From the NCBI GenBank assembly GCA_010909165.1, contig MU008166.1:620001-684000 (forward strand): a stretch of DNA of 64,000 nucleotides. Reading direction: 5' to 3'. Source of the DNA: Anthoceros angustus. Its lineage: Eukaryota > Plantae > Anthocerotophyta. Each line of letters begins with the position of its first letter. Position 1 is the stretch's first letter. Below, in pieces: positions 1 to 12,950 of the stretch. Position numbers and translations under genes: made by a program. Under the pieces are notes generated by a model. The model worked only from the letters and a program-made list of their open reading frames with translations, was not told where the DNA came from and did no database searches.

Positions 1-1617
1 CCTCGCCGAGGTCCTATTATGTTGCGGCACATGGATGAGGAAACTTATGTGGTCTATATGTGAATGGAGGCAGCGTGCTTAACCTCACCGCCCATGTGCG
101 TGTGGAAATAGGAGGGATCGGGCCTACCTCGCAAGTGAGGACCCGTGCATACTTCTACCATTGCGCCGGTGTGGGGTTGGCCCCTATTATCGGAGGCGAC
201 TTTGGAGGAGTTGAGTGAGAGGAGGTCCGGCTTGGGTGGATGAGGAACCGTGGTAATCCTCGGCAATAGGCGGCCAGGAGGCGGAAGTTAGGCGGTACAC
301 CTCAATTAGGACGTCCAGCGGTGAGGTGGAAGTAGTGTGGGAGAACCCGTCCGATCGGCGTGGCGGGAGGCTCGTGGCGGCGGCAATGGAGGACGAGGGC
401 AGGCGGCCAGTCGAGGGAGGCGCGCGGATAGCGTCGAGGTGGTAGCATCCTAAAGATAATTTGAGGATGCCCCTGGACCTAGGATCGCTTAGAATTGTGG
501 GTGCGTCCCTTTGGTTTTAGGATCTAAAATCCGGGGCAGGTGCCGGCCGATGTATAAGAGGGGCAACTTTGCCCACCAGATAACTCCGGTTGAGATCCCC
601 ACGCTGTGGATGGTTGGAGACGTCCGATTAGCGAGGTGGTGTGTGCGAGGCGCTCCTAGGGGTGGTCGAGAGCTTGCTCCAACGGAGGAGGAGGTGATGG
701 AGCAATCTTGACAAGGAGGAGGAAACCAAGGGATTGGCGCGGGCGGTGGAGCTTGCTCGCACTGCGCCGGGTTCTTCTCCTTCACCTTGTCCCCGAAAGT
801 TGTGTTCAAATCGAGAAGTGTGAGTGGATGGTTGGAAGCTGTGGGCGAATTGAGGGAGGGAGAGAGAGAGAAGAGATTGGGTGAAGGAGAGATCAAATCA
901 GTCTGCGATGCGAGGTGTGAGATCGTAAGTGGGAAAGGGGTAATTGGAGGCTAGCGGTGGATGTGTGAATTGAGAAACTCAAACCGGTCTTTGGTGGAAA
1001 GTGCACAAGGAAAACAAAGTCTCTAGTAGAAAAGTGGGGTGGCGCCTTTGTGTGTGTGTGTGTGGAGGCGGTGGTATCCTAGGAACTTTGGTCTCTAGGA
1101 ATTGTGTGTGAATTGAGAAACCAAACCGGTCTTTGGTGGAAAGTGCACAAGGAAAACAAAGTCTCTAGTAAAAGTGTGAGTGTGGCGCCTGTGTGTGTGT
1201 GTGTGTGTGTGTGTGGAGTGAGGTGGAATTTGGTCCTAGGAATTGTGTGTGTGTGCATGAAGTGTGGAGTGCCAAATAAAGTCGATCGTGAGCCGGTAGC
1301 CCGTGCTAGGGGCCGCGCGCGGAGATAAGTCGCTAGGGTTTGGTGTGGGACCCACCTCGGTAGTCGTAGCAACTACCGGGTTGTGGAATGAGATTTGCGG
1401 TCGTGAAATGATTTGCGGTCGTTGGACAAGTCGGGGTAGTAGTTGAGTAGATAGGTAAGAGGAGTAATAGCAGTGAGTCCGACTTAGGCAAGGTCGATGG
1501 TGATAGAAGTTAGCGTCTTGGCACAAACCATTCCCTTGGGAGCGAATCCTAAGCCTACAACGACATTGAGGGTGAATGTGGACCTCACGGTGTCCCTGAC
1601 ACAATCCACACTCCACA
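1..1617 (+). repeat. 5' LTR (partial) of the Athila-like element
   Basis: Colinear with 38382-39911; ends ...CTCCACA directly before the PBS; TATA-like TATAAGAG near 553; contains (GA)n and (TG)n tracts. Confidence 0.85.
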
Positions 1618-1620
1618 TTT

Positions 1621-1635
1621 TGGCGCCGTTGCGGG
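1621..1635 (+). promoter_or_regulatory. Primer binding site (tRNA-Asp type), copy 1
   Basis: TGGCGCCGTTGC(GGG), complementary to the plant tRNA-Asp 3' end, 3 nt after the LTR terminal CA; the PBS type used by Athila elements. Confidence 0.85.
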
Positions 1636-1987
1636 AATGGAATCGCTCAGGACGTGGGAAGGACTAACCTAGCTTACGTAGAGTCTAGCATTACTAGATT
1701 GATGGATGCCTCGGGTGGAGACAAGCGATTCGATCCGACTGGGGAAACGCTCGCAAGGCAAGCGCAAGCGGAAAGATTGCGAGAGTTACGAGGAGAGCAC
1801 GGGCGGAGATCACTTCTTTGGGCGAGGAAGGCGGGGAGTCAACTCGGAACTAGGGATCGGATCTTAGCATTGATTCCCAACCTCGACTACTGAAGCGGTA
1901 CAAGGCGGTACAGATCCCCACCTTGTCTTTTGATCTCGCCCATTGCCTAGATCCTGCGTCCGTCAAATTCGTGAATGTAGGATCAGA

Positions 1988-3455
1988 CGTGGCGGCGGCA
2001 ATGGAGGACGAGGGCGGCCAAGTCGGGGAGGCGCGGATAGCGTAGGAGGTGGTAGCATCCTAAAGATAATTTGAGGATGCCCCACGACCTAGGATCGCTT
2101 AGAATTGTGGGTGCGTCCCTTTGGTTTTTAGGACCTAAAATCGGGCAGGGCCGGCCGATGTATAAGAGGGGCAACTTTGCCCACCAGATAACTCGGTTGA
2201 GATCCCCACGCTGCCTGGATGGTTGGAGACGTCCGATTGAGAGGTGGTGTGTGCGAGGCGCTCCTAGGGGTGGTCGAGCTTGCTCCGCACGAGGAGGAGG
2301 TGATGGAGCAATCTTGCGACAAGGAGGAGGAAACCAAGGGATTGGCGGGCGGTCCGAGCTTGCTCACGCCTGACGCCCTTCTTCTCCTTCACCTTGTCAC
2401 AGTTGTGTTCAAATCGAGAGAAGTGTTGAGTGGATGGTTGGAAGTGGGCGAGGGAGGAGAGAGAGAGAGAGAGATTGGGTGAAGGAGAGATCAAACACGC
2501 GATGCGAGGTGTGAGATCGTAAGTGGGAAGAGTAAGGTGAGGATTGGGCTAGCGTGGAGAATTGTGTGTGAATTGAGAAACCAAACCGGTCTTTGGTGGA
2601 AAGTGCACAAGGAAAACAAAGTCTCTAGTAGAAACCGTGTGGTGGCGCCTTTGTGTGTGTGTGTGTGGAGTGAGGTGGAATTTAGGAAGGGTCTCTAGGG
2701 GTGTGGGTGCATGAAGTGTGGAGTGCCAAATAAAGTCCGATCTGCAGTGGTAGCGCGCCGTGCATCCGCGGCGCTGCGCGGAGATAAGTCGCTAGGGTTT
2801 GGTGTGGGACCCACCTCGGTGTAGCAACTACCGTGTGGAATGAGATTTGCGGTCGTGAAATGAGATTTGCGGTCGTTGGACAAGTCGGGGTAGTAGTTGA
2901 GTAGATAGGTAAGAGGAGTAATAGCGTAAGTCCGACTTAGGCAAGGTCGATGGTGATAGAAGTTAGCGTCTCTTGGCACAAACCATTCCCTTGGGAGCGA
3001 ATCCTAAGCCTACAACGACATTGAGGGTGAATGTGGACCTCACGGTGTCCCGGACACAATCCACACTCCACATTTTGGCGCCGTTGCGGGAATGGAATCG
3101 CTCAGGACGTGGGAAGGACTAACCTAGCTTACGTAGAGTCTAGCATTACTAGATTGATGGATGCCTCGGGTGGAGACAAGCGATTCGATCCGACTGGGGA
3201 AACGCTCGCAAGGCAAGCGCAAGCGGAAAGATTGCGAGAGTTACGAGGAGAGCACGGGCGGAGATCACTTCTTTGGGCGAGGAAGGCGGGGAGTCAACTC
3301 GGAACTAGGGATCGGATCTTAGCATTGATTCCCAACTCTCGACTACTGAAGCGGTACAAGGGCGGTACAGATCCCACCTTGTCTTTTGATCTCGCTCCAG
3401 TTGCCTAGATCCTGCGTCCGTCAAATTCGTGAATGTAGGATCAGACGTGGCGGCG
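1988..3455 (+). repeat. Tandem second copy of LTR 3' part + PBS + leader (duplicate of ~376-1987)
   Basis: Near-identical to 376-1987; LTR end at 3072, PBS at 3076-3090; junctions share the microhomology CGTGGCGGCG. Confidence 0.85.
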
Positions 3456-3499
3456 CCAACTATGCGTTGGGACTACACCGGTAGTTATGGCGATACTCG

Positions 3500-6270
3500 G
3501 TGCTTGTTACTACTAAGCAATCTTACCGTTGTATGGAGAAAAGAAGGGCCATGAGGATCCCGACGAGTTTGTCGGCGTTTTGAGCGGTGGCACTTGCCAA
3601 CCGGAGGATGCGCGCCGTGCCCACTGCTTTATGGAGTCTTACGCGGGGCGGCGGCCAAGTGGTACAAGCGGGAGTACATAGCTTCTTCCACACCCCCAGC
3701 TACCTTTGGGGTGTTGAAGAGAGCTTTTTGTGAAAGATTCAGAGGGGTCGATGTGGAAGGGTATGTCTTGTCCAAGTTGGAGGATTGCAGAGAGGGAAGA
3801 AGAGACCGCAGCTTATGTGGAAAGGTTCCACCTACGGATCGGGCCGGTCCGCACCTCGAGCTAATGGCCATTCATTTGGTTTGCAAGAGGATTGGGCGGA
3901 GATGGGAAGACACGTCGTCTCAGTGAGAAAAGATTTGGATCGGGCGATCAAGGCTCGAACTATGAGGAGTCCAACGGAAGAGAAGAAGAACTCGAACAAG
4001 GCGCGCGGAAGGACAAAAGAAATACAAAAGAAGAAGAAGTACTATTCGTCCTCCAGGGGGTTCAGAGGAGGATAGCTCTTTTGACTCCTCGGGTAGCTCC
4101 ACGGAAGAGGAGACCCGAGGATTCGGAGGAGAATTCACGGTGAGCGAATCAAGGGATAGAAGGAAGAAGGGAAAAATGGGAAACAAAAGCGTGCAAAAGG
4201 GAAGGAGCTATATGCACGAAAGGACGGAGCAGTGAGAAGAGAGGTGGAAAGCAGCCAAAAAGTGGAGCAACAAGGGAACAAGATGGAGGAAATGATGGTC
4301 AAGCGGAGAAACTCCATCTTAATGCCATCAAGGACCACATAGAAGAAGGGTTGCTACCGGAGCGCGGCGAATCTCTTCGCTCAACTTGTGGACAGAGGGC
4401 ACTCGAGGTCGCTCACAAACAAAAGTGCAACCGGGCTACGAGGAGGATGAGGAGATGTGCTTGGAAGATACATACCAAATTCAAGAGGCAACACCGATCT
4501 GGTACCAAAACTTTGTACCTCAAGTTACGAAACCCCGGTATGGGTATTCGTATCGGATGGTAAGAACCCGGGCATGAGTGCCATCGTGTTACAATTGTCG
4601 AGGGTTCGCATCTTGCTGGATGCCCCTCCGCATCTCGCCGGAATGGTGATTTTGAAAGGCATGTGTGGATTGCAAGCAATCAGTCACGTGGCGGCGTCCT
4701 GCCGGACACCAAAAAACATGTGAGGATCGCTCAACCTCCGGTTCTGGCGACCCACCCCGCATGACAAAGCCCGTTGCGGCAATGCAAGTCGAAGATGCGC
4801 TCATGGGTATGGGAGGATTCCGACATCGAGGAGCCCGGAAGGGTTGGGGATGGAGTGGGTATTACGGAACTCCTGCGATGGTCGTTGAGCGGGAGGAAGG
4901 CGGACACCCTCAGAAGAGGGGAACGGGGGAAAAAGAGAAAGAAGAACGGAGTGGGAGCCTCCATAACGTCCGCAAGTGAGGAGGAAGAGGCGTCTTCATC
5001 AGGCGGGGAAGGAAGGGGGGTCCAACCACAAAAGGCGACGAGGGACTCGGTATGGGAACCAGCGGAAAAAAAAAAGGGCATGCGAATCCAGCGGACGGGG
5101 AGCAAGGCACGAACGCCACACCCAACGCGAGGTTGCGATTTGGATGGCATCACGGTGTAACTCCCTTAGCGAGACCGCGGATTCGAGGGTGAAGTGCAAA
5201 CGACATAGGACGGTGGGACTCGAGTCGACACATGGGGCGAAAACCCGCAAGAGGAAAAAAGGATGAGTCCACGTTTCCTGTCGTCGGGAAGTTATGGATA
5301 TGATCCGACAAGAACTGGAGCAGACTCCATCGTACCTTTGTTGGCCCCACCCACCTACCCTCTGTTTCAACGACCGCAACATCAACAGCTACCGGTTCTT
5401 GAAATGACGGTGGGGTTGGCAAGGAACCCGCAAATGAGTGCCAGGTTACAATTGCCGAGGGTTCGCATCTTGCTGCTGGATGCCCCTCCGCATCTCGCCA
5501 GGGAATGGTGATTTTGAAAGGTTGTGTGGATTGCAAGCAATCAGTCACGAGGCAGCGCCCTCCGCCAGACACCAAAGAAACATGTGAGGATCGCTCAACC
5601 TCCTACGGCGACCCACCCCGCATACAAAAGAAAGCCGAATGCAAGTCAAGATGCGCCATGGTCAGATGGAGGATTCCGAGGCTATACCGAGAGGAAGGGT
5701 TGGGGATGTGGATAGTGGGTATTACGGAACTCCTGCGATGGTCTCAACGCGGAGCGGCGAGAGGAAGGCGACACCCAAGAAGGGGGAACGGGGAAAAAGG
5801 AAGAAGAACGGAGTGGAGCCCATAACGTCCGCAAGTGAGGAGGAAGAGGCGCCTTCATCAAAGCGGGAAGGAAGAGAAGTCCAACCACAAAAGGCGACGA
5901 GGGACTCGGTATGGGAATCAGAAAAGGGCATGCGAATCCAAAATGGACGGGAGCAAGGCACGAACGCCACACTTAACGCGAGGATTGCGATTTGGATGGC
6001 ATCACAGCGTGTAACTCCCTTAGCGAGACCGCTGGATTCGAGGGTGAAGTGCAAACGAGGACAAGGACGGCGGTGGGACTCGAGTCGACACATGGGGCGA
6101 AAACCCGCAAGAGGAAAAAGGATGAGTCCACGCTTCCGCCTGGCGTCGGGAAGTTATGGATATGATCCGACAAGAATCGAACAGTTCGGCCGTATTTTGA
6201 CCACGACCCACCTACCGCCCTTCAACGACCGCAACATCTCAAACAACACCGCCGAAATGACGGGGGTTGG
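3500..6270 (+). pseudogene. gag: gag of the Athila-like element (frameshifted; zinc-knuckle region duplicated)
   Basis: GHEDPDEFV and LRGAAAKWYK...TFGVLKRAFCERF retrotransposon gag motifs; CVDCKQ..H zinc-knuckle-like motif at ~4660 and ~5523; 4562-5420 is repeated at 5421-6270. Confidence 0.75.
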
Positions 6271-6479
6271 CAAGGAGAAAAAAAGCACACAGTGTTCCTT
6301 TCAATTTGGAAGCTATCATGGACCAAAAGTTCATGATAACGTTGAGATGACTTCTCGGGGACAATCACAGCACTTGACCGTCAGTGGGGCATTGAAGGCG
6401 GCACAACCCAAGAAGAGACGAACCTTTCCACCCCAAGGCGAAAACCCCTTGTGAATATGGTGGCCATGATGGACTGAGT

Positions 6480-6830
6480 CTGAGCTCTGAGATAGAAATT
6501 GCGGGATGTGTAATCAAGAAGGTGCCGCTAGATTCCGGGTCGGGGGTCAACATCATGACAGAAGAGACCGCTCGGAAGCTTGGGTTGCAGATAGAACATA
6601 CGTCAAAGGTGCTGCGGCTGGCGGACATGTCCAAAATGGCGCCGGTGGGGGAGTTGACGGGAGTCCTAACCCATATTGGTACCATTCCGTACCTCATGGA
6701 CTATGTGGTCATTAAACAAAAAGCTCCAGGATATGAGGTTCTCATTGGTGAACATGGATGTATGGGGCACGTTGCACCTTCAAATGGGCGAAAGGAAGTG
6801 GGATTCAAACCTCTGGGACCCCAAAATTAA
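6480..6830 (+). pseudogene. Aspartic protease domain of the Athila-like pol
   Basis: VPLDSGSGVNIMTEETARKLGL...LRLAD...YEVLIG, a retropepsin D-S-G motif. Confidence 0.85.
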
Positions 6831-8949
6831 GGAGGAAGGATATGTTTGACTTGGAGCGGAGATACGTGCAGGGAGACACCCACGAACGGAGGGATACACC
6901 TCAAGATACCTGGGGAGGATGAGAAGGAGAAATTCCCATTCGCACATATTTCGTGGTCGATGAAGAGGACGACACGGAGAGATATTCCCATTCCATCAAC
7001 CTATTAGGGTGCTATGGAGTCACAATTGACAACCCGGTGGTCGGGAGGAGGATCCGAGAAGGTGGGACGGAGGTCGAGGAACAGAAGTAGAGGTGGGCGG
7101 GAGGGGCCTTGTCTGGACAAACGGAGGGATACACCTCAAGATACCTGGGGAGAGGATGAGAAGGAGAAATTCCCATTCGCACATATTTCGTGGTCGATGA
7201 AGAGGACGACACGGAGAGATATTCCCATTCCATCAACCTATTAGGGTGCTATGGAGTCACAATTGACAACCCGGAGGAGGATCGACCGAGGCTGGACGGA
7301 GGTCGAGGAACAGAAGTAGAGGTGGTCGAGCCGGGAGCGACGATCCGACAAACTGAGGGTGCGAGGAGGGTGTCTCACGTTTACCTCGACGACCTATTAG
7401 AATGGGGAATGCGTGAAGGAGAACCAAGACAGGGGAGGAAGGGTTGACATCACACATCACATGGGTGGAAAGAGAGTGGGTGCAGACGGATGAGGTCAAG
7501 GATGTGGAGGTGTTGCACAGGAAAGTCCTTAAGTTTTCGAGCAGGATGAATGCGAGACTTGGAAAGGGGATGAAACATTGGCGGAATTTATACATGTTTT
7601 GCTTTTGACGTTACGGACATGAAGGGTATACCGAGGGAGTGGGGAGCACAAGATTGATCTCGAGCGTGTGCCGGTCCGGATACCGCAATACAAGCTAAAT
7701 CAAAGTATTTGAAGGTAAAGGCAGTTGGAGCTCTACTTGCGTGCAGCGTATATCCTATCCTACTAGAAATGGCCCCTATGTTACGATCGTTGTTGCAATT
7801 TTATGTTACACTTGTAACTTGCAACATCATTTGGAGCTTAGTATTAAGTTTGTCATTTCTTTCCGCATTGGGCCTACAATCTTAACACGAACCTTGCTCT
7901 CTCTCCTACCACTTCACCCTCTTAACTACATCCCTCTCTCATACGCATTGTTTATGAATTCCCTCATGCAAATGCAACATGTATAACAAGGACCCTCTCT
8001 CTCTTCTCTATCGGTCCCCTCTTTATTACACCCCATTGGAAGTACAATTAGTTAATGTTTTTCCTATTGCTCTTCATTGCACTCTCTCTTCACAACTATT
8101 GTTAATGGCGCCAAACGGATATCACTAACATGGATATCACACTAACATGCTCATTAATTGTCTCTCATTAATTGTCTCCTTCCTCTACCACAGAACCATA
8201 ATTCCTATATCAACCTTTTCCCTACCATAGCTATTATTGGCTTGTATACTAATTGTTTATGGCTTACCATAGCTATTATTGGCTTGTATACTATTTGTTT
8301 ATGGCTTTTGCACGATATCGGTAGAGATAGAATACACATTACCTTCATAATGCATGTACCTACTTGTAGATACGGATTTACCTTCATACGTCTGGTACCT
8401 ACTTGTAGGTAGGTATTTGTACATGAACACGGATTATCTGATATTTTTATTTCGATACTGGATATATCGCACATTCTTGGCCGCCGTTACCTCTTGTTCT
8501 TGCGGTTGCAAAATCGCTTCGGCGACCGGCTTGTTCGTCACCATCCTCCTCCACTCCACCAACGCGAGTGCATGGACAACTAGGTTCCTTTATACATACA
8601 TACCTTGATGTCACAGAATTGGGAAAGGGTGGTACATGAGGACTAATCCCATGCTTTTGTCCGTACCCATGAGCAATGGCGTCGTCGTTTCCCCAACCCG
8701 TCTGCTGGTCGTCTTTTCACACATGCAGAAACCTAGCAATCGTGCTTCAACCCACACCTACCGGCAATTCTCGTGTCACAAAGCGGCAATGTCACAATTA
8801 TGCATTCTTGAGTCATCGATTCGGGGCAGCCACAAGCTTCTCCCTTTCGCCTTCACATCACCAGCTGCGAGAACCACATTCATCTAGATGGCGGCTAACT
8901 CATCGAAGCCCTCACTTTCTTCCTACATAAAACTAAATCCTATGCTACT

Positions 8950-10232
8950 TAGGCTTCTTGCAGACACCCCTACACTCATTGGTTGTCCTCGGAGGATTCT
9001 TCTTCTTCTTCCGTGTAGAACCCGTTCTTCCTTTGCTTGTTGGTGTCATGCTTGGTGCCCGCTTTCTCTTCCCTTGCTCACGCCTCCACGCTGCGTTTCC
9101 ACACATCCTTCCACAGCTTCCTTCTTTTACGACCACCATTGCAAAAGCAGTATCGATGTTCGCCCATTGCATCACCATTTGCATGACATGTTACACATTT
9201 GCCCTTACACTTTTCGACACGCTCCGTGTGATCCTCCGTGTCGGTGCCACCACTTCCACCGCTGTTGTCCCCCCTTCTTCCAGCTGCCCACCAGCAACTG
9301 TCTTCCCTCCCTCTCCCTCGTTGTCCCCCCCACCCTCTTCAACGCCTGCATGTGTACTGTCCCCTCGCCTCTGTCCATTGCTTCCCTCTTGCATTCCCGT
9401 CTCCAAGCATCCTGCACATGCCACTCCAGGTGATCACATCAGTCGACAAGCGTTGCCTCGCCCACTTGCCCTCTCACTGCCACCGTCATGCCTTTTCCCT
9501 TACCTCTCCAATACTCGGCATGTTCTCCAAGCCATTCCTCGCTGCCCACGCAGCTCCTCTTCGCTCCCTCCCCACCGTTGCACGAACTTCCTTTCAAAAT
9601 CTTTCGCCCTAGTGGACCAAAGGATTGGTCCCTTGATCATGCTTTTGGCCTTGCAGGCGTTGCGGCGGCTTCTTTGAGGTGTTGGCCACACCCCCATTCT
9701 TGTGCAACGTCACCACCCCACTCCACGGCCTTCCTCCATGCCTTCGTTGTGACATTCGGCGGATGGAGCCATTTCGCATCCTTACCCTTCTCCCTCCATA
9801 TCAATGCAGCTTGCCTCACCTTCTTCCCTACGTTGTGGTTCCTTGTCCGTGATGCACCTGCAAACCTCGCCACAATCTCATCCCGGTCGATACCTGGAAA
9901 CTCAATCTCTACCATACTCACCAGCCTCTCCCTCAGACTCTCGTCATGGCTTGTCCACGGCACCATCAACGTCATCTTCGCACACACTAGCTCCAAGACA
10001 CGCTGATGGAAGGCCCTCCTCAACAGTCCTTCTTCATCCTCCACCGCATCAGCCTGATCCGCATTTTCGACCCAACCTCCATCGCGTGGTGACGATATAA
10101 ACACTCCTCCCTTGGAGCACACTGTCTGATGATAGCGTCGTCGAGTTGCTTCAGCGTGGTGAGTTCTCCTATCTCTGCCGGAGTTGCGGTGGTGGGGGCG
10201 TCGTCTGTCACCCGTTCTTCCATGTCACCCAC
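8950..10232 (-). pseudogene. TnpA/ORF2-like protein of the outer CACTA element, copy 1 (frameshifted)
   Basis: ORF 9637-10122: W...RLVSMVEIEFPGI...F...RTR...HPPNVTTKAWRKAVEW, then DFERKFVQRWG and a charged coiled-coil-like tail; pattern shared with ORFs at 18615-19001 and 30360-31066. Confidence 0.55.
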
Positions 10233-11393
10233 CTCGGCCTCATCCTCGCATTGTCCTCGTCCTCGCCATTTCCATCCGCCTCGAGTCGGCCGTCTCGGCC
10301 TCGGGCTTGCCCCTCAACCCTGTCCTCATCTCCCACATCCGGTGTTCTTCACGGTGGAGGTCGGGAGCATGCCCTTCCTCCCTTGGCTCGCGTGCACCTC
10401 GCTCGCATTGCCGTCGGCATAGTGGTGCACTTCTCGGAGGCGGGATGGGCCCAGTGGGCGCACTTGCTAGGGCATCCATGCCACAAGGGCGGGGGACCGA
10501 TGTTCGCTCATCCCGAGGACCAGCCACCTGCTCCACGGGAAGGGCCACCTCCTGCCACTCCAGAGGACCAAAAAACCCCTCTGGAGCAGCCAGCAACTGG
10601 CCCATAGGAGCGGGTGCGCTCCCCTCCCCGGCAGGGGGTTGATGGTGGGAAGCATCTTCCTTCCCATCCCCACCCTCGACAGGGGCAACTTGCTGGGCAT
10701 CGCCATCACCTGCCTCCTCCGCAACCTTGGAAGGGACACTTGCCTGCCCATCTTCATGGTGGCGCTCCCCAGGTCTGTTGTCACCTGTGCCACCCTCCGC
10801 CACGCCCTCTCCTGTCGTCTCAGATGGAGCTGCCCCGGCCTCTATGGGTCCACCCACCGTTTCCACCTCCCGGCCTTCGCCGTTTCCCACCGCCGGAGCC
10901 GTGACACTTCCATGACCACTGTGCCGCTGCGCACAGGGTCCCCTTTCACTCGCGAGTGCTTGCCCACCACCAGCCAGCCACCATCGCCATTGCGCCACCT
11001 GCGGCGGGCGCCCTCCTTTTGCGGCCGACGCCATCTTCACCGGCGGTGTGTCACGGCGGTTGAAGTCGGTGCCGAACTTAGGCGGGGACCTCGGCCAAAT
11101 CCTCAAGTCCACGTCCCACACCATCTTTGTAACGCGCAAAGTCGAAGCGAGCGAGGCGGCAAGAGACAAGCGATTGCAACGCAAGGTGACGATTGAAAAG
11201 ATGCAAGTGGAAGTAACACCATGATGACGGTCGAAGTAATAGGCCATGTCTCCGGACGCATGCGATGCCGCGATCTGCCATGCGCCGCGCGTCGCCATTC
11301 AAAGTTGCCACCTCATCGCCTTCCCTTATGTCTCAACTCCTCATTATAACAAGTGGGACCTAATCAAGCGATGACCACACTTATCACTCGTAG

Positions 11394-12950
11394 ACATATA
11401 TAGTCACCAAATTCGCACACACATTTGACGGCCAAGAACATTCCAGTCATTTCGAGGGCCGAGGACATATGCTCCGCTTGTCATTGCCCAAGGAACTATT
11501 TGTCCTTGGGCCTCGATATCGTCCATGTCATGGCCCATGGTCATGTCATGTCAATAACATGCATATACATGTCATGGCCCACGGACATGACATGACCATG
11601 ACATGCTATATGCATGACATGGTCCAAGGAAACATTTTCATTGGACCATGTCATGTATATATCATTTCATCGCATGACATTTATATACATGCCATGGGCC
11701 AAGGACAAAGTTGTCCTTGGCCCATGACGTATCATGTCATGGGCCAAGGACAACTTTGTCCTTGGCCCATGGCATGTATATAAATGTCATGTCATATATG
11801 CATATGCATGTCCTGCATACGACATGCATATGCCGTCATGCGAAGGACAAAGTTTTCCTTGGCCCATGACATCCATATGCATGTCATGTGCCAAGCACAA
11901 CTTTGTCCTTGGCCCATGGCATGTATATGCATGTCATGGTTAAGACCATGCCATGCATTTACATGTCATGGGCCAAGCTCAAAGTTGTCCTTGGCCCATG
12001 ACAACTAGGCCCATCCCCATGCATGTTTGGCCACCTCATCATGCGCTCCTTGTGTTTTAAGTCCTCATAATAGCATGTCCTCCCAAATGAAGTCTACACC
12101 ACTCATGATTGCTATACATATATAGACACCAATATGTGCCTTGCCTTTCCGTGGGCCAAGGACAAATTTGTCCTTCGCCCATGACATGAATTTACATGTC
12201 TGGGCGGGGACAATTTGTCCTTGGCCCATATGAAAATTTATGTCTGGCCACACCATGCCATGCATAAGTTCGTGGGCCAAGGACAAATGTGTCCTTGGCC
12301 CACGAATGGCGTTCATGTCCTGGTCTTGACCATGCCATGCATTGCCATGGGCCAAGGACAAAGTTGTCCTGCCCATGAAACGCCTTGTAATATACATGTC
12401 ATGGCCCAAGGACAAATTTGTCCATGGCAATTATATAAATGTCCTTGGCCCATTATATAAATGTCATGCGCGACATTTACATGCATATACATTTCATGGT
12501 CAAAGGAAAAATGTTTCCTTGGACCATCACATGCATATGCATGTCATGGTCATATCATGTCCTTGGCCCATGACATGTATATGCACGTCATGGGCCAAGG
12601 ACATGACAGCGGCATGACCGCATGCACATGTCGAGGCCCAAGGACAAATAAATCCTTGTGCAATGACGAGGTCGCATTTGTCCTTGGCCCTCGAAATGCC
12701 GGCGAATGTGCTTGGCCGTCGCTATGTGTGGCGAGATATTCGTGACTATATGTTCGGCCATGACATGTAAATGCATGCCATGGTCAAGCCCATGACATGC
12801 ATATACATGTCATGGCCCAATCATCGATGTCCGTGGACCATGTCATGCATGTACATGTCATGGCGGAAGGACAAATGACACCACGGACATGGGCATTTCC
12901 CAATCCAAGGACCATGACATGCATTGACTCATCATGGACCAAAGACAATC
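11394..12950. repeat. Palindromic motif array with long inverted arms (foldback-like)
   Basis: Many TGTCCTTGGCCCATG / CATGGGCCAAGGACA units in both orientations; perfect 16-bp stems at 11693-11726 and 11738-11771; arms ~11394-11545 and ~12600-12753 are inverted copies. Confidence 0.9.

Noticed and set aside
1621-1640. tRNA gene
   Set aside because: Only a 12-15 nt PBS complement; no cloverleaf.
8888-11196. Long plus-strand ORFs (8958-9677, 10639-11196 and others)
   Set aside because: Antisense shadows of GC-rich minus-strand coding or low-complexity DNA.
11440-12950. CRISPR-like array of palindromic repeats
   Set aside because: Units occur in both orientations with irregular, self-similar spacers, there are no cas genes, and the context is a eukaryotic TE. 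The Cys/His/Met-rich ORFs here are translations of the repeat.
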